Part shown: piece by piece, positions 50,881 to 62,697 of the stretch | Numbering within the stretch: position 1 is the stretch's first letter | How the letters are laid out: each line of letters opens with the position of its first letter | Assembly (NCBI GenBank): GCA_951406725.2 | Contig: OX597814.1 | Location: 156,798,001-156,862,000, forward strand | Direction of reading: 5' to 3' | Origin: Octopus vulgaris | Lineage: Eukaryota | DNA: 64,000 bases | Program-made: the position numbers and the translations under genes | Notes under the pieces: generated by a model | Told to the model about the DNA's origin: nothing | Databases searched by the model: none | What the model saw: the letters and a program-made list of their open reading frames with translations, nothing else

Positions 50881-51194
50881 ACATTATTTACATAATTTAC
50901 ATTTGACAGATATTTGTTCTCTTCTTTGTTGTTAACACATTTTGGCTGATATACCCTCCAGCCTTCACCATGGGCATATGGCGTAGCGGTTAAGAGCTCG
51001 GCCTACTAACCCCAAGATTCTGAGTTTGATTCCAATAGTGACCTGAACAATAATAATAACATCAAAAAATACCATAGCAATGAGAACCCAGGTTCAAAAT
51101 TTCCCCGAGACACCTGATGAAGGCTTGAGGGTATATCAACAAACATCAAATGTAAATAATGTACATAATTCCTCATCTCTTAAATATAGAACTG
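50881..51194 (+). mobile_element. tRNA-headed SINE-like unit with a Penelope-type tail (50972-51194), preceded by an inverted partial copy of its own tail (50881-50970)
   Basis: A box TGGCGTAGCGG (50979-50989), decayed B box GTTTGATTCC, an (AAT)n linker, then AATGAGAACCCAGGTTCAAAATTTCCCCGAGACACCTGATGAAGGCTTGAGGGTATATCA, homologous to 23618-23745. Confidence 0.75.
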
Positions 51195-51226
51195 TGTGTG
51201 TATATGTATATATATATATATATATA

Positions 51227-51460
51227 TCATCATCATCATCAGCGTTTAACGTCCGTTTTCCGCGCTAGCACGGGTTGGACGGTTTGACCGGGGTCTGGGA
51301 AGCCAGAGGCCGCTCCAGGCTCCAGTCTGATCTGGCAGAGTTTCTACGGCTGGTTGCCCTTCCTAACGCCAACCACTCCGCGAGTGGAGTGGGTGCTTTT
51401 TACGTGCCACCTGCACAGGGGCCGGGGGGTCCGGCATCGGTCACGATCGGTTCGAGCTTT
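51227..51460 (-). mobile_element. Family C element (RTE 3'-UTR-like), young copy
   Basis: (CAT)n-GCGTTTAACGTCCGTTTTCCGCGCTAGCACGGGTTGGACGG...GGTGCTTTTTACGTGCCACCTGCAC. Confidence 0.85.
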
Positions 51461-51606
51461 TTTAGAGTTGAGTTGGGGGGGGGGTCTAGCTGAGAAAGGT
51501 TCCACCAGTGGAAAGAGAGGGAGAGATAGTGGGGGGGGGGTGCAGGTAATATAGGGAAGCACCAGTGGGGAAGGTTGGGTAAGGAATATATATATATATA
51601 TATTAT

Positions 51607-52172
51607 ATTAGCAGCTAAGCCAGGTTTCACCCAGTTGGTTTGGATGATATGACTGAAAAACCTGCTCTGTGTAAGCCTTTGACTTGTTTGGGCACGCTTA
51701 CGTTAAAGAACAATTTTAGAATTACTTTTTTCTGTCAAAACACTAAAAATAACTGACCAACAAAAAAAAGCCAAGATTCAACCAAATCAAAAAATAAACC
51801 CAAATACTAAGAGAACAAAGATGAACCATCCCACTTCCATTGCACGCACACATGCACACACTCACACAAAAACACACATACATTCACATACTCCACCTTT
51901 TACATACACACACATATATTCACACTGAGTTGAAATGCTGTTTGATTTATTTGTATGACATCACCCCTTCGTTTCTCATTCATAAACACAAGAGTACTAT
52001 TATATTATATAATCTCGGTAACCATGGGATCTATGAAAAAAATACAAAGCCCAGCATCACTACCGGATCATTCTACACATCTGTGTAATTTTTCGCGCAA
52101 TTCCACCCAGCCATTTGACCATGAATCCCAAGACAAGAAAGAATCGCCCATGTCAAATTTATATATATGTAT
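51607..52172 (+). mobile_element. Possible non-autonomous Helitron/Helentron-like element
   Basis: Starts ATTAGCAGCTAAGCCAGGTTTCACCCAG, has an internal (CA)-rich tract, and ends AATTTTTCGCGCAATTCCACCCAGCCATTTGACC...TTTATATATATGTAT. This architecture resembles DINE-1/HINE-type elements. Confidence 0.45.
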
Positions 52173-52228
52173 TCATGTATATATTATATATATACATATG
52201 TGTATATTCATGAGTGCATACTTATACA

Positions 52229-52545
52229 TACGAGGTCTGATCACTAAGTATCCAGACTGTTGCCATAGTAACAAAGCTAAAGCACACAGAGTGAAGCCAT
52301 TTGGGACAGATTGACCTTGACCTCTGTTGTGCATGTACACCAAGTTTTAACGTACTAGCTCACTTCTGCTATTTACAGCAGTGCTTCGCAGTAACATGTG
52401 TAACATGATCGTCGCATTGACCATGACAGAGTAAGTTGTCATGGCGATATCTGCTCAGAGCCTATGCAAAGTTGCAGAAAGTGTATGGAGAAGAGTGTAT
52501 GTATTTCAAACATCTCCATGATGGCTGAAAAAATGTTGATAATGG
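52229..52545 (+). mobile_element. mariner left end with a degenerate transposase N-terminus
   Basis: TA-CGAGGTCTGATCACTAAGTATCCAGAC start and the remnant YAKLQKVYGEECM. Confidence 0.7.
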
Positions 52546-52930
52546 TGATGGAGGAAGAAAGTTAATTTGGTGGTACAGTGGTGGGGGTGATCAATGTAAA
52601 ATGTGGGTGGAGAGAACAGCATTAATGGCTAAAAGATAAGTAACAGGTAAAACGGTTCTAGGGATCAAGAAAAACAAGTGGTATCAATGAAGTGTCATAA
52701 TTAGGGGTGATGAGCAGTAAGGCTATCTTGAAGAAGAAATTAGGTAGAGGACTCACTTCTACATACACACACACAGCTCTTCAAGAACTTCATGCTGACC
52801 TGAAGAAAAGTTTGTAGACTTATCTTAAAATAAAGTCTGTGAACCAGTGATTCCCAACCAGAGTTTCCCCAGAGCCCTAGAATACTGTAAAATGTTAATA
52901 GGGGTTCCATGAGAAATAGTGATAAAATAA

Positions 52931-53092
52931 GGCAAAGGAGTGGCTGTGTGGTAAGTAGCTTGCTTACGAACCGCATGGTTCCGGGTTCAGTACCACAGCG
53001 TGGCGCCTTGGGCAAGTGTCTTCTACTATAGCCTCGAGCCGACCAAAGCCTTGCAAGTGGATTTGGTAGATGGAAACTGAAAGAAGCTCATC

Positions 53093-53140
<48 letters not shown>

Positions 53141-53356
53141 ATATGTTTGTGTGTCTGTGTCTCTCCCCCAACATCACTTGACAACTGATGCTGGTGTGTT
53201 TATGTCCCTGTAACTTAGTGGTTCAGCAAAAGAGACCTATAGAATAAGTACTAGGCTTACAAAGAATAAGTCCTGGGGTCGATTCGCTCGACTAAAGGCA
53301 GTGCTCCAGCATGGCCACAGTCAAATGACTGAAACAAGTAAAGGAGTAAAGAGTAA
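52931..53356 (+). mobile_element. SINE family A, full-length young copy
   Basis: GGAGTGGCTGTGTGGTAAGTAGCTTGCTTACG...CCGGGTTCAGTACC...CCAGCATGGCCACAGTCAAATGACTGAAACAAGTAAAGGAGTAAAGAGT. Confidence 0.93.
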
Positions 53357-53552
53357 ATGCAAATAAATGTTATAATATTTTTTCTTTTATTTCTATATTC
53401 ATAATTTTGTTTTTTACACAGCATATTTCCTAAGATAGGAAATCCTGATATCTGTACAAAGTAAGGAGAACCTACAAGAAAAATGATCTTTTGACAGGGA
53501 AATTGTAAGGGAATTTAATCTAAACAGTCTTGGGTAAGATGAAGTTTCTTAA

Positions 53553-53771
53553 CCCTTTAGTGTTCAGATTATTCTATCAAACATAATGCTTATTGATTCC
53601 CATTGATTTGAATTAATCATGCATTATCTCATATCTTCAAGATCTTGATGGTGTAATTACTTCATGTAGAATAACATTGTAGGGTAGGTGTGAGGGCCTG
53701 GATCTGGTCAGTTTGAACATAAAACAGATTAAATATTTTGGCCGGATATGGCCGGTTTAAATACTAAAGGG
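53553..53771. mobile_element. piggyBac-type MITE family P1, full length (219 bp)
   Basis: TTAA at 53549-53552 and 53772-53775. TIRs are CCCTTTAGT / ACTAAAGGG. Confidence 0.92.
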
Positions 53772-54569
53772 TTAAACCTTCTTTGAGATGTCTAATGTAT
53801 TTAGCAGTGCCAGACATTTCAAAAAATTTTTTTTAGGATTTCTTTGATCTCTAATGAAAAAGTAATAAAAAGATTAATAAAATACCTGATAATTTTCATA
53901 CAGAAACTTCTTGAAACATGTAATGTAATTCAAGGGTTCCTTAGCAGTAGAAAGGTTAGGAAACGCAGCTGTAGACCCTAATAGTACATCCTAGGTAGTT
54001 ACATCTAAAACACAGTGAGAATACTGAAATATTGTTATTTATGAATGGTATATTTTTAAATAATGGTCATGACAAAAGAACTTCACTGCAGTCATTCAAC
54101 CTGCAAAATTCAGCCACAAAACTACACACAGATATAGTAAAAGATAGGATGGTCACAGCTGGAACCGTGTTAATCATGGGTCTACTTGACCAGGGGTGAC
54201 CTAACAGTTTACAACAGTATACAAAGACTATAAATACTATATGAAATGTGGAATAGGTAGAAATAGTGTAGCAGTGTATTAGTAGCACAGTCTGATTATA
54301 TTTGTCATATACATGTTGGGTGTGTGAATGCGTTCATAAATGAGTGAATTTATCTGTGTGTGTGTGTGTGTGTGCATGCACACACACACACATGTTAATG
54401 GCACACCATAAATTCTGAAAGAAGTTGCTGAACTTTATAAGCTGAACTTTAATATCATTTAATGTAATTAAATGTCAAGATTATCTGTTTATAAATAGGA
54501 AGATTGTTCAAAAAGAAAAATGGACTTTTAAAAAATACAAATATAGTACTCTACTTTTAATACAATCAG

Positions 54570-55055
54570 ACTTGTCTCCTTCAAAATAGTTACCACTACT
54601 GTTGATACACCACCCCCACAATCTTTTCCCAGTTTTGCAATATGTCCTAGAACAACTTTTTCAGAGTAGTGAATTTTCTTTGATCACTATTTTCTGAAAT
54701 TGGTGACCTTTCAGGGTAGTTTTCAGCTCAGAACAAATTAGTCAACAAGAGACAAATGTGGAGAATACAATGTTATGAGAGTCATCTTGTGCTTTGCCAA
54801 AGTTTCATGGATAAAGAATACTATATGAGCAGGTGCACTTTTGTAGTGCAGTATGCAGATTTTCTCTGTCCATATATCTGCAGATCACTTCTTTAACACT
54901 GCCTCTCTCAAATGCTTCAAACACATTTGTGTAAAACACTTTATTGATCATCGGATCACATGAAACAAACTCGCAATGAATAACAGCCTTTCACTCAAGA
55001 AACATGATCGACACTATATTCACATTTGCGTTACTCTGCTATTTTTTTCCTGGTT
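54570..55055 (-). pseudogene. Degenerate mariner transposase C-terminal half
   Basis: Minus-strand remnants VIHCEFV, HLREAV, ILHYKSAPAH (compare HDNAPAH), YSPHLSLVD (compare YSPDLAPxD), LKTTLKGHQF and CINSSGNYFEGDK. Confidence 0.8.
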
Positions 55056-55404
55056 GCAACAACTGTCTTTTTGTTTTGACATCATGGCTATACACCTTCA
55101 TTTTGACACGTGTTATGACACTTTTCAAAATATCTTTATTAATATTCAACCAATCAAACAGCTCCTGGTTGATTGATTTAGTTCTCTGTTCATTTGTCAG
55201 CAGATGCAACAAAAATTTTGATACATTATTTAAAATCCTTTTACTTGTTTCAGTCATTTAAGATTAACTTGATTTGTTCAATTTAACCCTTCAAGGCAGT
55301 GCCCCAACATTTTGTTTTATAAGTCTAGCTTCTTTTAGGTCATACAACAAAGAAGGAAAATAAGAAATGGACACAAATAGTGTAAGTTCTATGAATTCAC
55401 TAGT

Positions 55405-55680
55405 TCATCATCATCATTTAGCGTCTGCTTTCCATGCTAGCATGGGTTGGACGGTTCAACAGGGGTCTGGGAAGCCAGAAGGCTGCACCAGGCCCAGTCT
55501 GATCTGGCAATGTTTCTAAGGCTGGATGCCCTTCCAAACGCCAACCACTCCGTGAGTGTAGTGGGTGCTTTTTATGTGCCAGACAAGGCTGGCAAACGGC
55601 CATGGTCGGATGGTGCTTTTTACGTGCCACCAGCACGGGGGCCAAGTGAGGCTGGCAACGGCCAAGATCGGATGGTTCAC
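55405..55680 (-). mobile_element. Family C element (RTE 3'-UTR-like)
   Basis: (CAT)n-TTAGCGTCTGCTTTCCATGCTAGCATGGGTTGGACGG...GGTGCTTTTTACGTGCCACCAGCACG. Confidence 0.85.
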
Positions 55681-57514
55681 TCCAACCAAAAAACAAAAGA
55701 ACCCTTATGTGGCTGCTTGACCTGCTAAAAGTAGTAGCCAAATTATATCTTACTATCTAAAAAAGAAAGATACATCTGATAACATAATTCCTAACATACT
55801 AGTCATAGGCGGAGTATTTTTGATCAAATGTCTACTCAGTCAGAGCTGATCCAAGGTAACAACAATAAATTGATGCAATTCTAAATCTGAAGCAGTTTTG
55901 ATTCTGGCAATTTTAAAAGAAAGAATAGTAAACAGCAGACTTTTTTATAATTTGTTTACTTTATACAATGTTTGTTTAAGGCGTTGGACCACTGACTACA
56001 ATGTCACGAGTTCAAATCTTATAACATTTACTATATTGTGTCCTTGGACAAGGCATTTAACTTTGTTCCTTTTTTTTTCTGGCTGATTAAAAAATTCAGA
56101 TTCTACTTGTTTTCATGTACAGACAACATAAGACTACATTCACCAATAAATATGTCCTAACCATTATTAAGACAGTATAATGTAATAAGAGAGATGTGGT
56201 TATTATTTCTAGCATTAGTTGGCCCAGGGTTACACTTGCCCAACATGCCATGCAGTAGGATTGAACTCCAAAACCACATTGTTGCAAAGCAAGCCTCTTA
56301 ACCATGCAGCTATGCTTGCATCTGAATACCATTATAGAAATAAATTAAAAAAGAAAGTGATTTAAGATTCACAACATTAATTAAAATCTCTTTTGCTTCG
56401 AATTAGCCAACTTCTACACCAGTCCTGGAGTAGCAATAAAGAATACTAAAGCTGTTAAATAATTTTCCTTCAGTTAAAAATTATTTAAGGTTGACAATTC
56501 ATGCACAAAATGAAGAAGAAGAAAAAAACAGTGCAGAGTGATTGAAGATAGTATGAACTCCATCCTTAAGCCTCAACTCAGACAACCCATCTGGAAAGTC
56601 ATACATTAAACTCCGATACAGGTGAAACAGAAATGTTTAACCCTGACAGACAGCATCATTACAGTTGGTTGTTTTAATAACATGCGTACATTCCATGCTG
56701 CAAAATGGTTGGTGATAGGAAAGGCATCAGCTGTAGAAAGCTTATCAGAAAAACAAGGCAATTTATTTCCTCTTTGTTGCAGTGCATGTGCATGTATGTG
56801 TGTGTATGTATGTGTGCGCACGCTTGCATGCATGCACACGCCTAATGATAAAGGACTGCAGCAGGAGATGAGACAGTTTGAGACATATATTCTTCTTTCC
56901 TGGTTTTTTTATGCCATGCTTACCTAGAAAAAGAGGAAGAAAAGAGGGCAAAAGGTGGATGGGGGGGGGGGGGGGTAAAAATATAAATGTATGGATTATA
57001 ACTTGTAACTGAAGCAGAAACTGATGGTGGAGTAGGTGATAAAAGCTTGATGAATGATAGACGTGATGTGGATTACATAGTTTGATATAGTTGACTGATT
57101 AGTGACAGATGTGAGAGGAAGGCAAATCAGTCAAAGTCAAACAAGCATGGAAAAGCAGATACAATATGAAATAATGATGAATCTTTCTGTCTATGGGGAA
57201 TATCAACACATTAATGATTTATAATGACATTTCAGTATTTCTCTTTACCTAAAGGTCATTATCACCATCATCAACACACTTGTGTCTGTCTGTATGTGTG
57301 TGCATGAGGAAAAGAGAAAGAGAGGGAAGAAAGAGTGTTGGTGTGAGGCATGCATGTGCATCTCTCTCTCTCTCACTCTTGCCACTTCCTCTCCTGATTC
57401 CATTATATTTTTTTATATAAACCTTAATTATACCATTCCACATTTTCTCAATAGACCACCAGCTGTGTTTACACCCCCCCAATACCACCACCTGTAACAT
57501 TTATTAATTTTTTT

Positions 57515-57885
57515 TCTTTTACTTGTTTTAGTCACAGAACTGCAGCCATGGTGGGGCACCAACTTGAAGGATTTAGTCAAACAAATTGACCACAGGACTT
57601 ATTTTTAAGCCGGGTACTTATTCTTTTGGTCTCTTTTGCCAAACTGCTATATTACAAGGATATAAACAAACCAGTACTGGTTATCAAGTAACAGCGGGAG
57701 ACCAACACAAAATAGGCACACAAACAGACAGACAGACAGGTGGCAGTGACAACAACAACCAATACCCACAAGGTATTGGTTGACTTGGAGCTATAAAAGA
57801 AAAAATTTGCCCAAGGTTCCACATAGAAAGACTGAACTCTAAGTCACATGGTTACAAAGTAAGCTTCTTAATGATACAGCCATGC
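57515..57885 (-). mobile_element. SINE family A, diverged
   Basis: CTTTTACTTGTTTTAGTCA...GCAGCCATGGTGGGGCACC ... CAGCCATGC. Further fragments lie at about 56215-56320, 58810-59060 and 61318-61460. Confidence 0.75.
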
Positions 57886-59279
57886 TTGGAGTCAACGAGG
57901 AAACCTTTAAGCATGATCACTCACCATGCTAGAATTAGCAACTGAAGCCTAATCGAATCATATTCTAATCCTACTTGCTTGAATAAGGAACTAACATAAG
58001 ATAATGCAATACTTCAAAGAAATGGTCACAGCTGCAATGCCTCTGGTCATGTCCACTTGATCAGACCTAATATAAAGTTAAAAACCAATAAATGTAACTT
58101 CAAATAAGAATATCATTCAAATGTTCACATCTCTACTAAGCAAGTTTTCTTTTAATGAACTAATATTTGCTATCCCAGTTACCAGATGCTCACTTCCACT
58201 TCATTCATGGCTCTTTATTCTGTTTGAGTTTTCTACCTTGAGTGTTTTTGTATGCTCATATTCTTGTAATTAGCAAGTTTTTCCCTGGCACTCAATCACT
58301 ACCTTCTTCACCTCATTCACAACTTCTCCCACCCCTATATAATGCAGAATAGTCGTGTATCTGCTCCATAGTAAGACACCTGAGCTTCCCCACACTTAGT
58401 AGCAGGAGCGTTTCCTTTTTCTTATTCTTTTTCTTTATCCTGAAAGTTACTTAGCAACCTCACTAGTGCCAGTGGTATTTAAAAGAAGCACTCACAACAC
58501 ACTAGTGTGGTTGGCAATAGGAAGGGCATCTAGCCATAGAAACCATGCCAAAACTGACATTGGAACACTGCAGAGCCCTGTGGATCACCAGATCCTATCA
58601 AACAGTCCAACCTATGTTAGCACGGAAAACAAGAATGGTTGTTATACTATGATTTTAATGACAGGCAGAAATCCATGAATGTCTTGAGTTCCATTATAAT
58701 TTTTCAAGCTAACAATAAGGTATTTCATGTCAAAATATCAGATCTATCTGTTATCATTTACTTGTTTCTGTCATTGCACCACATTGAAGAATTTAGCCAA
58801 ATAAATGAACCTGCCCAACTGCTAAGTTACAGGGACATAAACCAACACCAGTTGTCAAATAGTGGGGACAACAAACACAAAGACAAACACACACATATAC
58901 GATGGTCTTTCATATAGTTTCCATCTATAAAATTTACTCACAAGGCATCAGTTAACCTGGGGCTATAACAGAAGACACTTACCCAAGGTCTTGCAGTGGG
59001 ACTGAACCCCAAACCATGAGGTTTCAAAGCAAGCTCCTTAACCACACTTGTCATGCCTGCATTTATGCATAATTAATTATGGGAAGTTAATGAGAGGCAT
59101 TGTCTAGGGACTCCCACTTGCACCCATTAATACTATAATGTCCAGTCAAGCAGTGACAGTCATACAGTGTCTGGAGGGACAACATAGTCAGTGCAGGCAT
59201 TGCTGTGTGGGGAAGAAATTTGGTTTGCAGCCACGTAGTTTTAGTTTCAATTTCTCTGCATGACATTTTGAGCAAGTAT

Positions 59280-59495
59280 CTTTCGTTACCAACCTGGCTG
59301 AAACCGGCTCTGGCTGAGCACAAATCTCTTGTTTTCATAAGTATTGAATTACAATCTTCCATCAAACCTTAGTCACAATTTATGTTCCTAACACAAGCTC
59401 AATGATAACTAAGTTATTTTACTAAATTCTTTGCTATATTTAAAGTAATTGAAAGAAATGCAGAGCCTCTCAAAATAAATACAGTAACAAAAGGG
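59280..59495. mobile_element. piggyBac-type MITE family P2, left tip fused to a SINE head
   Basis: CTTTCGTTACCAACCTGGCTGAAACCGG ... GTAACAAAAGGG-TTAA. Confidence 0.88.
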
Positions 59496-59691
59496 TTAAA
59501 TACTTTCCAGTAAAACTCTGTAGAAAGAAACTGGATGGTAGGCTTAATCAGCTGTTTGGTTTAAGTCAGTTGCCTCACTCTGTTGCAAAATTTCAGACTA
59601 GGTCTTTAGAGTGATATATCTTCTTCTAACCAATTTTCTGAGGGGCTGAAAAGGATCATAAGTGCTGCTTTTCTTCATTTCAGAAAATGAT

Positions 59692-59886
59692 AGTGGCTCT
59701 GATGCTAAGGGATTAATTAGACAACTGGTTTCATAGTCAGAAGTTCAAATCTTATAACCACAATGATTTTTTTCTTTTTTTTTCAGAAAATCATAAACAG
59801 GAAAAAAAAAAAATCACTGTAACCATAATGATTTGAACTCCTGACTATGAAGACAGTAGTCTAATTTTTTGACATCAGAGCTATTG
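59692..59886. repeat. Inverted repeat of two tRNA-like, oligo-T-terminated arms of about 85 bp
   Basis: GCTCTGATG...AATTAGACAACTGGTTTCATAGTCAGAAGTTCAAATC...TGATTTTTTT pairs with 59801-59886. Confidence 0.8.
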
Positions 59887-60799
59887 TCCCATCTAGAGGA
59901 TTACAATTCATGCCATTTCTCTACAGGTTTTAGCTGCTTTTTTAAACCAGTTCAAGTAGCATACCCTGGTATCAGCAGTTCGTGTAATATTAAATGATAT
60001 AGATCAACTCTATCTTTCTGCAATAAATACTGTAATATGTGCAACAATGTTTTACTAAACGCTAACTAATTGACCATTTCATGCTGTAACTGTATGTTTA
60101 ATCATCTGATTTTTATGCTTATTTACAGATTGGCAAGCAAAGAACAGTGATAGAGATAATCAAATCACGAACCATTAGTATTACCCATAGCAGAACAGTT
60201 GCAACCAAAATAGAATCACTGAATAAATAAAGATTGCCTGATTAACTAGAGGCATTTTTAGTATCAATTGGCTGCTATATATAGTAGAAACAAAGCTATT
60301 TTCCACCACCAAGGAAAATAAGTATTGTTCTTGGTGGAAAATATGTTGATTAAAAATAAGATTCACTAGAAAAAAAAAAAGAAAATCAATCACTACATTT
60401 ACAGCTGCCATAGTAAGTAACATTGTTTTGTCTCTAATAACTAAAACTACTATAATCAAAAATATAGGGAGCCACTATGTGGTTGCCAAACATGTTAGAA
60501 ATAGTAGCTAAATCTACCTCAAATCTATTATTAAAAATAAAGTAAGTATAAATAAGGTATTCCTAGATACACTGTTCTTGAATAAAAGATGGGATGGTCA
60601 CAAGTGGAACAATGTTGAGCATAGGGCTGAAAAATCAGGCTGACCTGCAAATAAACAACTACCTAACTGTAACTAATTAGTAAACAGCTAGGATACCTGT
60701 AACTCAATCATTATCTTAATGAAAAGGAAAGGAATTGCTCCAGTTCAGTAGGGTTTGAAATGTTTTGATGAATACAGAATTAGGCAAACAAAAATTTCA

Positions 60800-61000
60800 A
60801 GTATCCACTTCTGTGCATCTTCTACATAATTATGTTTCTTTGTCAATCTACTTGTGATCCCACTAGACCTTTTGTGTACCCATAGCATACAACAGCTACA
60901 CCATATGGAATTGCTACTGAACACCTCTTCTGCAAATGGCCAATTTCCAGACATTAAGCATACCCATGGCCACTTTCCATATTCATTATTCTTATACAAG
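60800..61000 (-). pseudogene. Third RTE fragment: post-RT PHD-like finger remnant
   Basis: ORF 60745-60999 contains GKWP and SNSIWCSCCMLWVHKRSSGITSRL, homologous to GRWPC...RNSIRCTQCKLWTHKRC at 3309-3410. Confidence 0.7.
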
Positions 61001-61452
61001 AATGTTATTGACAGTGACTCTGAAGTTTTAACCAGCGAAGCTTCTGTTGACAGTCTGATGATAGCTTAATTGGCCAAAACTTTGAAGACATGGTCCACAA
61101 CTTTCTTGTGAAAGAATCATATTCATACTCTATGGAGTAACCCATCAGCTTAATGCTAAATTGTTTTATCATAACTGAACATAAAAAGAAACGTGTGTGT
61201 GTGTGCATGTGAGAGAGAGAGAAAGAGAGAGAGCAAAAGAGTCAGAGAGAAAGAGAGAGAGAGAGATAAATATAGATACACATGTGCAAACACATATGTA
61301 CACAGATAGGTAAGTGTAGGCATGACTGTGTGGCTGAGAAGCTTGCTTTCCAACCAAGTGGTCTCGATTTCAGTCCCACTGCAATCTACTACAGTCCTAG
61401 GAGCCAACAAAAGACATGTGCATAAATTTGGGAGACAGAAACTGGAAGAGGC

Positions 61453-61503
<51 letters not shown>

Positions 61504-61578
61504 TACACACACATATTTATATATATGGGTATCTGCATACCCTTGTCTTTACATATAAATAAATGTACATACAAATGC

Positions 61579-61621
<43 letters not shown>

Positions 61622-61842
61622 TACATACATACATACACATAAATGCACATATATACCTACACATATATAGGTGAGCATGTATACACACCTAGATACAAAT
61701 ACACACACACAATATACAGTACCCACAAAATCACTTAGATGCAGATATACACCTGATACATCCTTGTAGACACAGTTCGTGGCATAGTAAAAATATACCC
61801 ATATTCAGAATATATCTCACTACCACTACAATGACTAATAAC

Positions 61843-61881
<39 letters not shown>

Positions 61882-62697
61882 GGTTTCGATATAGTGAGGA
61901 TGAATAAAATGTATTTCAAAAATTTGGTTATTTCATGTCTTTCTCCCTCTCCGGTATCAGTTATTGATTCCTTATGGAAATATGTCCTCTTTTCTTTCAA
62001 TAACCCCTCTACCCCATGTCATCTCCTCACATACACACACACACACAGCAGTCAGAAATCAGGAGAGTGCTGCTTTGTAGTAACTGTATCGAAAATTATT
62101 GGACTATGAAATTCCAGCACTGATTAATTGTAGTAGTCAGCATTTTTCTTGTTGCTGTTATTTATTTTTATCTTTATTTTTTTTTTTTTGTATTTGCTGC
62201 AGTGACTCACAGAAGAAATATGCATCTGAGCAGCAGTTAACTAGGGACACTATAAGGGTAAACTGTGTCTTCTCTTCTCCTTCCCACCAACCCCTACACA
62301 TTCTGATGCACCCACCACATGCTTTAAGCTTCTGAATGCCATTCCATCCACCAACCTATCCCCAAAACAAAGTAAGAAGGGAAGCTAAAAGATCAGAAAG
62401 AATACAAGACGCATGTAAAAAAAAATAAATAACAAAAGACTAAACAAAACAAAAAAATTCACATTAGCGCAGTGATGTGTTATTAGATTAGTAGAAAGAG
62501 GAAATATAAAAATTCTTTCCTGTTTTATTATGGAAACAGTCAATAATACAAGTGTATCAAGTGTTTTTGCATGGACGTGTTGAAAGATAAAAATTCCTCA
62601 ACATTAAAATGGTAAGAATCTCTTTATATATTAATAATGCAAATATTAATGATAAATAATAATAATGATGATAATAATAATAATAAGCATAATAAAT

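Larger units (their letters stand above)
52845..53968. mobile_element. Old hAT/Charlie-like element containing a SINE and a TTAA MITE
   Basis: Ends are CAGTGATTCCCAACC / GGTTAGGAAACGCAG (11/15 inverted match). Flanks CTGTGAAC and CTGTAGAC match at 6/8. Confidence 0.5.

Noticed and set aside
58140-58440. Possible RTE endonuclease remnant on the minus strand
   Set aside because: Only vague motif resemblance, so not supportable by eye.
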